A DNA stretch of 64,000 bases, taken from NCBI GenBank assembly GCA_963702895.1, contig OY969767.1:1024001-1088000 (forward strand), in the 5' to 3' direction. Positions 9,597-19,833 of the stretch are shown here, piece by piece; position 1 is the first letter of the stretch; each line of letters starts with the position of its first letter. Source of the DNA: an uncultured Elusimicrobia bacterium. GTDB lineage: Bacteria; Elusimicrobiota; Elusimicrobia; 2-01-FULL-59-12. The position numbers and the translations under genes were made by a program. The notes beneath the pieces are model-generated. The model had not been told where the DNA came from, searched no databases, and saw only the letters and a list, made by a program, of their open reading frames with translations.

Positions 9597-11033
9597 ATCA
9601 TTAAGCAGTTCGTAAAGGGCAGCGCATATTATCTTGTGTCCAATGTCCTCACGCGTGGGCTTTCCCTCCTTCTATTGCCCATCATTACGCGCATCCTAAC
9701 CCGTGAAGAGTATGGAGTCATTGACTACCTATCTGTCCTCGGATCTCTATTGGCAGTGACCATTTCTCTTGAAGTCAATCAAGGCATGGCTCGATATTTG
9801 CCTGAATGTGTTGACGATATGAAGACACGCCAACACTATGCTTCAACGACGTTTTGGTTTGTAATCTTCACCAATTCGCTTCTTGTTCTCGGCTTCTATA
9901 TCTTCCGGGCATCCTTATCTCAGTATTTGTTGGGTTCAATGAAGTGGAAGCTTGTGATCGCGATGGCAGGACTTTCATATTGGTCAGCCGCCCTTGTCTA
10001 TACGGTCCAGAGTCTATTGCGCTGGACCCAACGAGCCAAGGTAAGTGCTCTTCTTTCCATTCTGGTCGCGATATTGACCATGATATTTCTGTACCTGTTT
10101 GTTGTCAGGTGGCAGAAAGGGGTTGTTGGAGTACTCTTCGGTTACGTTCTTGGTCAGCTGCTCTCATTTGGCATTGGTAGTTACTTGATCCGAAACGAGT
10201 TGGGTGTCACCTTTCATGTACAAAGATTAAAAGAAATGCTGAGCTTTTCTATACCCCTCATCCCTTCGAGCGTGGGCGTGGTCGTGTCGCTCTATATTGA
10301 TCGGATCATCATTATGAAGGTCATGTCTCTCAGTGATGTTGGAATCTATGGGGTCGGATATCGCGTCGCCACAATCGTGGCTATTCTTATGACTGCTTTT
10401 CAGGGAGCCTTAACCCCTTTGATTTACGCACATTACAAATCATCAGCAACGCCGACCAGCCTAGCGAAACTATTTAGGATCTTTGTGGGCATGGCGCTTT
10501 TGGGGCTTTCTCTCCTGTCCATCTTCTCCAAACACATTGTCTCTTGGATTGCTCCAGCTGCTTATAGGGAAGCGGCCTCGGTGATTCCTAGTCTGACGTT
10601 GGCTATTCTTATGTCAAACATGTATATCTTTGCACCCGGGCTAGATATCGCCAAGAAAACTTCAATCATCAGTGTTATCAATATATCCACTGCATGTCTT
10701 AACACGGGTCTTAGTTTCATCTTGGTTTCGTACATCGGTATTCAAGGAGCGGCTATTGCTACAGCTCTTGTGGCAACGACGGGTTTTGCCGCATATATGG
10801 TTTTTAGCCAAAGATTCTATTACGTTCCGCATCACTGGGGTAGTCTTGTGTTGGGGTTTGTACTTACATTATGCGCCATCAATGGAAGCTCCTATATACA
10901 CTTGTACGGAATGGCTGACATTATCCTCAGAATCTCATTAATCGCGGGATTATTATTGGCTTTGGTGCATTTGGGTCTGGTGCGGACCGAAGAAGTCAGA
11001 TCTGGATTCCGATTCGTACGAGCATTAATTTGA
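9597..11033 (+). CDS. wzx: Oligosaccharide flippase (Wzx family); start uncertain (ATC/ATT 9597-9602 or GTG 9636)
   Basis: About 12 hydrophobic segments; LLPIITRILTREEYG, FSIPLIPS, IDRIII, VGIYGVGYR. Confidence 0.85.
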   Translation: MIKQFVKGSAYYLVSNVLTRGLSLLLLPIITRILTREEYGVIDYLSVLGSLLAVTISLEVNQGMARYLPECVDDMKTRQHYASTTFWFVIFTNSLLVLGFYIFRASLSQYLLGSMKWKLVIAMAGLSYWSAALVYTVQSLLRWTQRAKVSALLSILVAILTMIFLYLFVVRWQKGVVGVLFGYVLGQLLSFGIGSYLIRNELGVTFHVQRLKEMLSFSIPLIPSSVGVVVSLYIDRIIIMKVMSLSDVGIYGVGYRVATIVAILMTAFQGALTPLIYAHYKSSATPTSLAKLFRIFVGMALLGLSLLSIFSKHIVSWIAPAAYREAASVIPSLTLAILMSNMYIFAPGLDIAKKTSIISVINISTACLNTGLSFILVSYIGIQGAAIATALVATTGFAAYMVFSQRFYYVPHHWGSLVLGFVLTLCAINGSSYIHLYGMADIILRISLIAGLLLALVHLGLVRTEEVRSGFRFVRALI

Positions 11034-12214
11034 AAACGATTGTATCGGTAACGCCACTTCCCATCATCTCTGACAGCCGGACCTACAAAATCGCTGCTTC
11101 CTTTGCTCGGTTCGGGTACCGTTCCATTGCCGTCGAGGGACAACCAAGTCCGGTCGAAACCTCTGACCTGCCATTTGAGCTGCGTCCGATAGGAAACCCT
11201 AGCCCGGAGGGTTCAAGTCGCGCCGGCGTTATGGGATCAATGCGCGGCAACATGCTCGCCAGGGTGCCTGGTGCGGCCGAGCTGCCACTTCGCATGGCAA
11301 GCGCGGTTGCCCGCTTTTCGTGCGAATACGGTTGGCGCGTGGCGAGAGCGCTTCCTCCTGCGTCGCTTTATTACCTTCATGCCCCCTACCAGTTCCCGGG
11401 AGTGTACTTTGCGGCACGACGCTACCGTGTCCCAATCATCTACGATGCTCATGATTTTTATCCTCTTGTGGATCGACTGCCATTTCTTGAGTGGGTGGAG
11501 TCTTGGTGTATTCGGAACTCGGATCAAGTGGTCACTGTTTCCAAGGGTGTTGCTGATCTGTTATCGAAACAATACAAATGCAGCCCAACCGTAATCCGAA
11601 ATGTCCATGATCATCGCTTGGACAAGGAGCCAACAAATGGATTGAGAGAGTCCCTTGGGGTGTCTCCAGATCAGTTCCTATTGGTATGCGTCGGACAAGC
11701 GAAACCTGGACAACACGTTGAAGGCGCAATGCAAGCAATGAAGAAATTACCTTCCTCTGTTCATTTAGCGTTCGTTGGTAACAACACTGATCAATACCAA
11801 AAACAAGCATTACAACATGGGATTGAGGATCGTATCCACACACTCCCACCCGTCAATCCAGAAGAAGTTGTGCCTTTCATTCGCAGCGCAAATGCTGCCA
11901 TCTTGTTATATACTCCGATTTCACGTAATTACGAATACTGTCTTCCAAACGGACTCTTCCAATCGCTCGCCGCTTCACTTCCTCTCCTCTATCCAACCCT
12001 GACGGAGATACAAGCTGTGATGGAGCACACTGGGTCAGGAATACCTATTAACCCTTACTCAACAGATTCAATTGTCATGGCGGTGTCAATCCTAATAGAA
12101 GACCTAACGCGACTTCGCGGGTATCGGGCAGCAGCTTGTGCCGCTTCGACAAAATTCTCATGGGAAACAGAAGAGCGAATATTGGAAGACCTTGTTCTGA
12201 AGATTCTGGTTTGA
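11030..12214 (+). CDS. Glycosyltransferase family 4
   Basis: DSRTYK, IIYDAHDFY, VVTVSKG, VIRNV, NYEYCLPNGLFQSLAA, FSWE. Confidence 0.8.
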   Translation: MKTIVSVTPLPIISDSRTYKIAASFARFGYRSIAVEGQPSPVETSDLPFELRPIGNPSPEGSSRAGVMGSMRGNMLARVPGAAELPLRMASAVARFSCEYGWRVARALPPASLYYLHAPYQFPGVYFAARRYRVPIIYDAHDFYPLVDRLPFLEWVESWCIRNSDQVVTVSKGVADLLSKQYKCSPTVIRNVHDHRLDKEPTNGLRESLGVSPDQFLLVCVGQAKPGQHVEGAMQAMKKLPSSVHLAFVGNNTDQYQKQALQHGIEDRIHTLPPVNPEEVVPFIRSANAAILLYTPISRNYEYCLPNGLFQSLAASLPLLYPTLTEIQAVMEHTGSGIPINPYSTDSIVMAVSILIEDLTRLRGYRAAACAASTKFSWETEERILEDLVLKILV

Positions 12215-12234
12215 ATGAATAAGAGGAGTTAGGT

Positions 12235-12627
12235 ATGCGCGGTATCGCAGGCATTCGTTCAATGCGGGGAGTTGACTTCAGGCACTCGCGTGCGATGTCT
12301 ACGGCCATTTCATATCGTGGCCCCAACGGGTTTGGTTGCTTGCTTTGCTCCGATGGGCGCGGGGTAGAAATTCGACATAATGAAGAGTCTCGAGAAGGGG
12401 TTTCCCATGAATCTAAGATTGGACTTGCCGTTCGTCGTTTTTCAATCATCGATTTCTCCGATCAAGACATGCAGCCTTTTCTGAGTCTTAACCAGCAACT
12501 TGTGGTCGTATTTATCGGTGAGATCTATAGCCATAACGAGCTTCGAAACGGACTTGAAAAACCAGGCTTTCACTTTCGAATGTCAAGCGATACGGATGTC
12601 TTCCTCTGTGCCGACGAGGCGTGGGGG
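12235..12627 (+). pseudogene. Degenerate 5' fragment of an asnB-like amidotransferase
   Basis: MRGIAG (Cys2 lost), RGPNG, RRFSIIDFS, QPF, FIGEIYS..ELR and SDTDV are decayed AsnB glutaminase motifs; synthetase domain absent; GAGGAG RBS upstream. Confidence 0.75.
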
Positions 12628-12768
12628 AAGGATTACGACGAAGAGCGAGTACACAACACGATCGACGATTTAACGCCTGCCAACTTCAATAAGAATCAAC
12701 ACCAAATGACCTTGGCATCACTGGAATTAACTTCCTAGAGGCTGGCGCGAAGAATGGTGTGATATCTA
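12616..12768 (+). mobile_element. Remnant of the 3' end of an IS3-family transposase (OrfB)
   Basis: EAWGKDYDEERVHNTIDDLTPANF resembles the IS3 C-terminal W..DYN.ERPHS.LG.LTP.EF motif; followed by a possible decayed right end. Confidence 0.5.
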
Positions 12769-12790
12769 CTTCTAATGCTCGAACATATAT

Positions 12791-12819
12791 TTGAATGCTA
12801 ATTAGCATAAAGTTATTAT
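12791..12819 (+). promoter_or_regulatory. Sigma70-like promoter with an overlapping 14-bp palindrome
   Basis: TTGAAT(12791-96)-17 nt-TATTAT(12814-19); perfect palindrome ATGCTAATTAGCAT at 12795-12808. Confidence 0.5.
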
Positions 12820-12849
12820 TTAAATATAAGTGAAATAGACCGAAGTTTA

Positions 12850-14025
12850 ATGAAATCAGAAATCTCAACGCTCCTTTTTTACACTACTAATGTTCCAAAT
12901 CGAAAGCGACTGGTGACGGACACCTTACGCTTGCATCTACGTCTGAATCTCGAAAAGATGCCTGGGTTTATACGTCGCAATCACCTGATATCCCGGTGCT
13001 TTCAAGAAGGATATCTCCATCTATCGTACGTGATGGACTGGTATGAAGCTTTTGTAGCTTCTCCCAGGATTAAGGTTGATGCATGCAATATTAACGATGT
13101 TTTTCAGTTGGCACATTATTTAAGAAAGATAAGTCAATATGAGCTTGTTATTATTCTTCATTCAGCTGCCGGGGATGATCTACGCACTTTACTGTGGAGC
13201 AAAGCGTTCTTCCAAAACCGTAAAGGGAAATTAATCGTATGTTTTGGGAATGAATTCACGCTCATGCCCGATAAAATATACTTCGCGAAGTCCGTAGAGC
13301 CTGAATTCATTGTCACCCAATTGCCAATCGCTTCTGCGCAATGGCTCTATAGCGAGTGCACAAAATCGCATGTCATTGCGGCGCCCGCAGCATTAAATCC
13401 CAATCTTTATCATGTACGGACAGATCAAATACGCGTACGGGATTTTGGTTTCCGAGGGAGTAAATATTCTTTTTCAATTGGAGATCAAGAGCGGACAGAA
13501 CTCGTCTTGGAACTTAAGAAGAGATGTATATCACTTGGATTAAGTGAAGATATTCAATTTAAAATGATGAATCGTAAAGATTGGACTGAGTTCTTAAGCC
13601 AGTCAAAAGGAATCCCTGGCGCAGAATCAACTACATATTTCTTAGAAAAGGATGATCATACGCAAAAAAACGTCACCGCGTACTTGCGAGAAAACCCTCA
13701 AGCTACCTTTGATGACGTCTATCAACGTTATTTTAAAGACTATAAAGGATCAGTCTTTGGCAAGAGTATTTCTTCTAGGCACTTTGAGCCGATTGGCACA
13801 CACACGTGCCAGTTGCTCCTCGAAGGGAAGTACAATGGGATATTAGAGCCTGAGAAGCATTATATTGCAGTTAAAAAAGATCTTTCGGATTTGGTTGAAG
13901 CGATAAAGCGTTGGCAGGATGTTGCCTATCGTCAATCCATCGTGCATCAGGCGTACGAGTATGTCATGTCTAGGCACACCTATGGACATCGGGTTAATTC
14001 CATTTTAGATGCTGTGGGTGTGTGA
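12850..14025 (+). CDS. Glycosyltransferase-like protein (CgeB/YkvP, Glyco_trans_1_2-type C-terminus)
   Basis: DFGFRG, ISSRHFE, LEPEKHYI, AYEYVMSRHTYGHRV C-terminal pattern. Confidence 0.7.
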   Translation: MKSEISTLLFYTTNVPNRKRLVTDTLRLHLRLNLEKMPGFIRRNHLISRCFQEGYLHLSYVMDWYEAFVASPRIKVDACNINDVFQLAHYLRKISQYELVIILHSAAGDDLRTLLWSKAFFQNRKGKLIVCFGNEFTLMPDKIYFAKSVEPEFIVTQLPIASAQWLYSECTKSHVIAAPAALNPNLYHVRTDQIRVRDFGFRGSKYSFSIGDQERTELVLELKKRCISLGLSEDIQFKMMNRKDWTEFLSQSKGIPGAESTTYFLEKDDHTQKNVTAYLRENPQATFDDVYQRYFKDYKGSVFGKSISSRHFEPIGTHTCQLLLEGKYNGILEPEKHYIAVKKDLSDLVEAIKRWQDVAYRQSIVHQAYEYVMSRHTYGHRVNSILDAVGV

Positions 14026-14105
14026 TTTCTGTGTTATTCATGACTTGTATTCGCCGAGCGTATTAATGTCGACTAGTCTCAGAAGAAAGGATATAGAGAC
14101 CTCTT

Positions 14106-14792
14106 ATGTCTAGCTGCACAAATATTAATGTCTTTTTCTTTGGAGATTCGATTTGTACCGGACAAGGTGTCTCTATCCATAGCGGATGGGTAGCGCGTGC
14201 TTCAGAAAAGCTGGCTGAGGTTAGCCAACAGTTAGGCCGCGATGTTGTGGTGAACAATGCTTCAATTAATGGTTGTACGACGCGACAGGCATTGGAGCGG
14301 ATGCCATATGATATCCAGTCGCACCGAGTGGACATCTTAATCGTTCAATTTGGTCTGAATGACTGTAACTACTGGGAGACAGATCATGGTGTCCCTCGAG
14401 TGAGCCCTCTCGCATTTGAGGCAAATCTTCATGAAATTATCTCTCGCGCTTATTCATCAGGAGTTTCTAAGGTATTGCTCAATACCAATCATGTCACTGG
14501 TAGAGACCAGGAATTGCTGCCTCACACACAAATAACATTCCAGGAAAGCAATGCAAGATACAATCAAGTTATTCGTGAGGTCTCTAGAAAGGAGGGTCCG
14601 CGCGTTATCTTGAATGATGTCGAATCTTCCTGCCGTCTTTATACGCAGGGAGATCGCACTTGTCTTCTATCACTACTGCAAAACGATCTTCTTCATCTTA
14701 GTTTACATGGTCATGAATTCTATTTCGATATACTCTATCCAGTCATACGCCAAGCGGTGAACGACGTTATAAAAGGGGCTAAAGAGTTCTAA
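14106..14792 (+). CDS. SGNH/GDSL hydrolase family protein (possible glycan O-acyl esterase or transferase)
   Basis: FFGDSIC (block I), NASING, QFGLND (block III), DLLHLS..GH (block V). Confidence 0.85.
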   Translation: MSSCTNINVFFFGDSICTGQGVSIHSGWVARASEKLAEVSQQLGRDVVVNNASINGCTTRQALERMPYDIQSHRVDILIVQFGLNDCNYWETDHGVPRVSPLAFEANLHEIISRAYSSGVSKVLLNTNHVTGRDQELLPHTQITFQESNARYNQVIREVSRKEGPRVILNDVESSCRLYTQGDRTCLLSLLQNDLLHLSLHGHEFYFDILYPVIRQAVNDVIKGAKEF

Positions 14793-14832
14793 GTCTTTAT
14801 GCGGCTATTAATTATGTATTGTTTGGTCTTTG

Positions 14833-15573
14833 ATGTATAACTTAATTGTTCTGGGGCATGGAAAAATTGCTGCGCTATGCATGGGTTGGCTTGCGAACGC
14901 GCGATATCAACGTCAATTTAGGGTTTGTAGTCTTGTCACATCGCTGCAAGAATACAAAGAATGGTCCCCTCGCTTTTCGTCATGTCCAATATATGTCTCT
15001 AATCGATCAGCAAATGAACATAAAATTCTCAAGATCATAAAAGCAAAGAACATTAATTTATTGCTTAGCATACAGCATCGATGGATCTTGTCGCCGCGGA
15101 TACTGTATTCTGTCGAATTCTTTGCATTCAACCTCCATAATGCAAAGTTGCCAGAATACAAAGGGTATAACTGTATTAGTCATGCAATCCTGAATGGAGA
15201 ATCTGAATATCGCACCACGATTCATTGGATGGTCCCAGAAGTCGATTCTGGGGAATTGGCCTATGAAGAGAGTCTTCCAATAAGCAAGACGGATACTGCT
15301 CAATCTTTGTATCAACGCACTGTTGAAGCGTCCCTAAAAAACTTTAAAAAGTTAATTCGTACTTTGGCGAGAGGGTATCCCATACCTAGGAGGAAAATGA
15401 ATGGCAAAAGCCATTTCTTTAAAAAGTCTGATCTCTCAGCGCTGAAAAGGATACGATCCCTCGACGACAGTCGTGAAGTAGATCGTAAAGCAAGAGCGTG
15501 CTACATGCCTCCTTATGAGCCGGCCTACTTCGAAAAAGCAGGAAAACGATTTTATGTAATCCCAGCCGGATGA
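14833..15573 (+). CDS. Sugar N-formyltransferase
   Basis: FNLHNAKLPEYKG, HAILNGE, TIHWM..EVDSG, RKARACYMPPYEPAYF. Confidence 0.82.
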   Translation: MYNLIVLGHGKIAALCMGWLANARYQRQFRVCSLVTSLQEYKEWSPRFSSCPIYVSNRSANEHKILKIIKAKNINLLLSIQHRWILSPRILYSVEFFAFNLHNAKLPEYKGYNCISHAILNGESEYRTTIHWMVPEVDSGELAYEESLPISKTDTAQSLYQRTVEASLKNFKKLIRTLARGYPIPRRKMNGKSHFFKKSDLSALKRIRSLDDSREVDRKARACYMPPYEPAYFEKAGKRFYVIPAG

Positions 15574-15600
15574 GCCGTCGAAATCTTTGGCTTTTTCAAC

Positions 15601-17514
15601 TTGCATAGTCTTTCCACACTTCTCCTGCTTGCTTTTTGTCTTCATGGAGTCAAAACCCCGCTGGCATTTTTCATTTGGGGCTCTTTGGCACTGCTTGTTA
15701 GTTCGAAGGCTCTTTGGAAGCAGCCAGAATCACTTTACTTTCGATTTCATCACAAAGAATATATCTTCCTTGCTCTTGTCTGCGCCTCCTTATTCTTTTC
15801 AAAAGATCGAACTGCAAGTTTATACCAAAGCGCTCAAATCATTGCATTTCTGGCGCTTTGGCTTTTTTGCAAATCCGATCCAGAAATATTTAAAAATGAT
15901 CGCTTGTTTTTTACTGCCCTCGTTATTTTAAGCATTATGAGCACTGCTAAGACGATATACCAGATGCAACAAGGTCTTTGGGGTTGGGGGCATTCGTACG
16001 GCTTCCTGCCCGAACATCCGGGCATCAATGCCACCTGGATGGCATGTCTAGCTTGTGTTTTCTTCGCATGGCCTCATCGGTCTAGACGTGAGCAGGTTTT
16101 AAAGCACCTTTTGGGATTGATCTTGACGGTTATGGTACTGATAGGACCTTCTCGAGGCTCACTTCTTGCGCTTGGTGCAGGAGTTCTCTATATCCTTCTG
16201 CCATCTCTTGGTGCAAGAAGAGTATTCTATGGAGTTGCAATCTGCTTTATTCTTCTGTCTTTGATCCCTCCTCAATTGCTTTTTAGGCGTCTAAGACTTG
16301 ATGAAGGCAATTATCGTCTTAAGATATGGGGTGTGGCTTGCCAGGCGGTTACTGATAGGCCCTTCACAGGCTATGGATTGGGTAATTTCGAGATGGCTTA
16401 CCAAAGACACGCATTTCCAGTCGAAACTTCGGCCGTGCGTTTTGCCCGTACAACCGAGTTTGCTCATAATGAGTTTCTGCAAGTCGCAAGTGATCTGGGT
16501 TTTCCCGCGTTTCTTCTATTCGTCACTGGAATCTTAGAGCTTCTTTTCTCTCGTCGCCGTAACGAGTCTCCCTATAGGCAATCCGCCAAGGCTGGTTTGT
16601 GGACCCTTGTTATTTCAGCCTGCTATTTTCCGGTATGGCACACGCCGCTACTCCTTTATATCACACTGTTATGGTGTGCCATTTTAAGCCAAGTCCCACA
16701 CGAAGAATTCCCGATTTATCGAGTAAGTCGTGCTGCCGGTTCTCTCGCGCGCGCAAGTGTGTTGATTCTGGTTGTGTCTACTGTATTCATCCTTGGATGG
16801 TCCGCTCTTCGCGAGTATTGGGCCGGACATCAGCGATGGGACCAGATTGTCCGCTGGAATCCCGCCGACTCCGGGGCCTGGGCCAGCTTGGCTGAGCAAC
16901 AAAATGATACATGCGCAAGAGGCCTAAGATACTATGCAAACGCAGTTGAGTCATCTCCCCAACAGCTGTACTTCCGTGAAAAATATGCATACAGACTGGA
17001 AGCTTGTCGCCAAGACGATTATCTGCGCAAGTCCTTTGAGCAGTATCACGCCGCCTACGCGCTTTCCCCCTATCGCGCTGTCAATCTTCTGGCGATGGGT
17101 CGAATTCTTTACATCAGTGGGAGCATCAAGGCGTCCATGCAATGGTTTGAAGGAGCGCGCCGTCTGGAACCACAGTATTGGGAGTGTGACCTATGGTTGG
17201 CACGGTGTCATTTTCGCTTAGGTGACTCCAATAAAGCCCGTTGGATACTTAGGAATCTTCAATATCGTCGAAAGCAGTATCTCACTTACCATGAGCAAAT
17301 CCGTCCCGACTTGCCCTGGACAGAGGATTCGTCGGGATATTCCAACACTATTCTTGGCTACGATGACCGAGTGATTGAGGAGGAGCTCCGGCACATGCTC
17401 CCACGGAGGGGCGCGCGGTCCTCCTTTCCGGTTGTGCTTAGGGCACTTCCTCTGCCGCTCGTCTGCAAGGTCGGGCTGTTGCATGGCCCGCGTCCCGATA
17501 CTGGTGTACAATAG
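15601..17514 (+). CDS. O-antigen ligase (Wzy_C) family membrane protein with C-terminal TPR region
   Basis: Multiple TM segments, SRGSLLA, R..IW....DRPFTGYGLGNF, FAHNEFLQ; TPR-like helices (AYALSP, ARRLEP). Confidence 0.8.
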   Translation: MHSLSTLLLLAFCLHGVKTPLAFFIWGSLALLVSSKALWKQPESLYFRFHHKEYIFLALVCASLFFSKDRTASLYQSAQIIAFLALWLFCKSDPEIFKNDRLFFTALVILSIMSTAKTIYQMQQGLWGWGHSYGFLPEHPGINATWMACLACVFFAWPHRSRREQVLKHLLGLILTVMVLIGPSRGSLLALGAGVLYILLPSLGARRVFYGVAICFILLSLIPPQLLFRRLRLDEGNYRLKIWGVACQAVTDRPFTGYGLGNFEMAYQRHAFPVETSAVRFARTTEFAHNEFLQVASDLGFPAFLLFVTGILELLFSRRRNESPYRQSAKAGLWTLVISACYFPVWHTPLLLYITLLWCAILSQVPHEEFPIYRVSRAAGSLARASVLILVVSTVFILGWSALREYWAGHQRWDQIVRWNPADSGAWASLAEQQNDTCARGLRYYANAVESSPQQLYFREKYAYRLEACRQDDYLRKSFEQYHAAYALSPYRAVNLLAMGRILYISGSIKASMQWFEGARRLEPQYWECDLWLARCHFRLGDSNKARWILRNLQYRRKQYLTYHEQIRPDLPWTEDSSGYSNTILGYDDRVIEEELRHMLPRRGARSSFPVVLRALPLPLVCKVGLLHGPRPDTGVQ

Positions 17515-17558
17515 CGCATGGTTTTTCTCATAACTCACCGCAGACTGGAATATCGGCG

Positions 17559-18737
17559 GTGAAGGTGCCTTTCCTAGATTTGTTGGCTCAAAACCAACCC
17601 CTTCGCATTGAGCTTCAGCGGGCGATCGAAAGTGTCATCGCAAGTCAACGTTTTATTCTTGGAAGTCAAGTCGATGAATTTGAGAGCATCATCGCTTCCG
17701 CTGTCGGTGTTTCTCATGGGGTGGCCTGCGCGAGTGGCTCAGACGCGCTCTTGCTTTCCTTGATGGCCTCTGGAATCCGCCCAGGCGATGCCGTTATCAC
17801 TGTTCCCTTCACATTCTTTGCCACTGCCGGCGCTATCAGCCGATTGGGGGCGCTTCCTCTCTTCGTTGATATAGAACCTACAACGTTCAACATGAGTGCC
17901 GGAAGCTTGGAAGGATTTCTCCATTCGCACTGTGAGCGCCGTAACCATGGAACTTATCATAAGAAAAGTCATCGACGTATACATGCCATCATTCCTGTAC
18001 ATCTATTTGGTCAGTGCGCCGACATGGATCCCCTTCTTGCGCTTGCTTGCGAGTGGGGCCTCATCGTCGTCGAGGATGCCGCGCAATCCATCGGGTCGAC
18101 GTATAAAGGCAAGCCCGCTGGGTCTTTCGGTGATTTCGGTTGCTTTTCATTTTTCCCCAGTAAGAATCTGGGAGGCATGGGAGATGGGGGCATGGTCGTG
18201 ACTCCCCGATCCGACTATGTTGAGCGTCTGAGGATGCTACGGGTTCACGGCAGCAGCCCCAAGTACTATCACAAGCTTATTGGCATGAACAGTCGTCTCG
18301 ACACGATTCAGGCCGCCATTTTGCTCGTAAAGTGGCCGCATTTAGCGCGATGGACAGAAAGACGTAGACAAAATGCTGCTTATTATTCCCAACGTTTCTC
18401 TTTCCATAAGTCTCAACTGATTACGCCTTTCGTACAACCTGAAAACTACATGGTGTACAATCAATACTGTGTTCGAACTCCCTGGAGAGATGAATTGCGT
18501 CAATATCTTCATGAACATGAGATCGGGACAGAAATCTATTACCCTCTCCCTCTGCACTTGCAGGAGTGTTTTGCGGATTTGGACTATTCGGACGGCAGCT
18601 TTCCTGAGGCCGAAAAGGCATCCCGCGAAATTCTTGCCCTGCCCGTCTATCCAGAATTGACTGCTGAACAGCTCGCTTATGTCGTCGATCGCGTGGATTC
18701 CTTTATCCGCTCCAAAGCACGACTAACAAATGTCTAA
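17559..18737 (+). CDS. DegT family aminotransferase, WbpE/GnnB-like (UDP-3-keto-sugar aminotransferase)
   Basis: VPFLDL, ASGSDAL, PFTFFATA, PVHLFGQ, EDAAQSIG, FSFFPSKNLGGMGDGG, NSRLDTIQAAIL, IYYPLPLHLQ. Confidence 0.9.
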   Translation: MKVPFLDLLAQNQPLRIELQRAIESVIASQRFILGSQVDEFESIIASAVGVSHGVACASGSDALLLSLMASGIRPGDAVITVPFTFFATAGAISRLGALPLFVDIEPTTFNMSAGSLEGFLHSHCERRNHGTYHKKSHRRIHAIIPVHLFGQCADMDPLLALACEWGLIVVEDAAQSIGSTYKGKPAGSFGDFGCFSFFPSKNLGGMGDGGMVVTPRSDYVERLRMLRVHGSSPKYYHKLIGMNSRLDTIQAAILLVKWPHLARWTERRRQNAAYYSQRFSFHKSQLITPFVQPENYMVYNQYCVRTPWRDELRQYLHEHEIGTEIYYPLPLHLQECFADLDYSDGSFPEAEKASREILALPVYPELTAEQLAYVVDRVDSFIRSKARLTNV

Positions 18738-19833
18738 AAGAGGCCTTATTACACTGGTGACGATCGTCGGCGCCCGACCACAATTCGTGAAGGCGGCTGT
18801 CTTTTCCCGCGAATGGCGACGACGCCAAAAAGAAATCCTTATCCATACCGGGCAGCACTACGATCCTATGATGTCCGCAGTCTTCTTTCGTGAACTTGGA
18901 TTACCTCGTCCAGATTATCAACTCAGGGTGTCTGGAAACAGTCATGGTGTGCAGACTGGCCGCATGATGGCGGCTTTGGAACCAATACTTTCAAGAATCA
19001 ACCCGGACGGCGTACTCCTCTATGGGGATACGAATTCAGCGCTGGCAGGGGCCCTGACCGCTTCTAAACTCCGATTGCCAATCTTTCACATCGAAGCAGG
19101 GCTTCGCTCCTATCGCAAGACCATGCCCGAGGAGATCAACCGCCTTGTAGTCGATCATTTGTCAGATCTTCTTTTTGCACCAACAGACACAGCCGTCAAG
19201 AATCTTAAGCGCGAAGGGATTACAAAGGGTGTCTCCTGTGTTGGGGATATTATGTGGGATGCGTTTAAGTGTTATCGACCCAAACAAACATCCTTAACGG
19301 TGACTCTCCCGATACGTCAACCTTACGCACTTGTGACCATTCATCGGGCCCATAGCACGGATAACCCGAGGATACTCTCATCGCTTTGCCAGGCCTTGAG
19401 CCATTTGCCTGTGGCTGTTTTGTGGCCAATCCATCCGCGCACGCGTCAAGCGCTACGCCACGCAAAGATCAAGCTCGGGTCCAACATCACCATCATAGAG
19501 CCCGTTGGATATATTGAAAGTCTCGAAATCCAGTCCCAAGCTGAGTGTATTCTCACTGATTCTGGGGGTGTTCAAAGGGAAGCCTACTTCTTGCGCAAAC
19601 CGTGTGTGACGCTTCGTCATGAAACAGAGTGGATAGAAACATTACAATCAGGTCACAATGTCCTGGGGGGGTATACGACCCATACCGTTCTCTCTGCATA
19701 CCAGCGTGCCCAGGCTGGTCAACGCAAGGCCTGGCCATCTCTTTTCGGGACGGGCGATGCTGGCAAACGCGCCTCTGCCATTATTTTGAAGCATTTGTCC
19801 GAACATTCAGGAAAGGGTCATTGGTATGGTTAA
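18730..19833 (+). CDS. wecB: Non-hydrolysing UDP-N-acetylhexosamine 2-epimerase (WecB/WbpI-like)
   Basis: [57 protein letters not shown]. Confidence 0.9.
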   Translation: MSKRGLITLVTIVGARPQFVKAAVFSREWRRRQKEILIHTGQHYDPMMSAVFFRELGLPRPDYQLRVSGNSHGVQTGRMMAALEPILSRINPDGVLLYGDTNSALAGALTASKLRLPIFHIEAGLRSYRKTMPEEINRLVVDHLSDLLFAPTDTAVKNLKREGITKGVSCVGDIMWDAFKCYRPKQTSLTVTLPIRQPYALVTIHRAHSTDNPRILSSLCQALSHLPVAVLWPIHPRTRQALRHAKIKLGSNITIIEPVGYIESLEIQSQAECILTDSGGVQREAYFLRKPCVTLRHETEWIETLQSGHNVLGGYTTHTVLSAYQRAQAGQRKAWPSLFGTGDAGKRASAIILKHLSEHSGKGHWYG

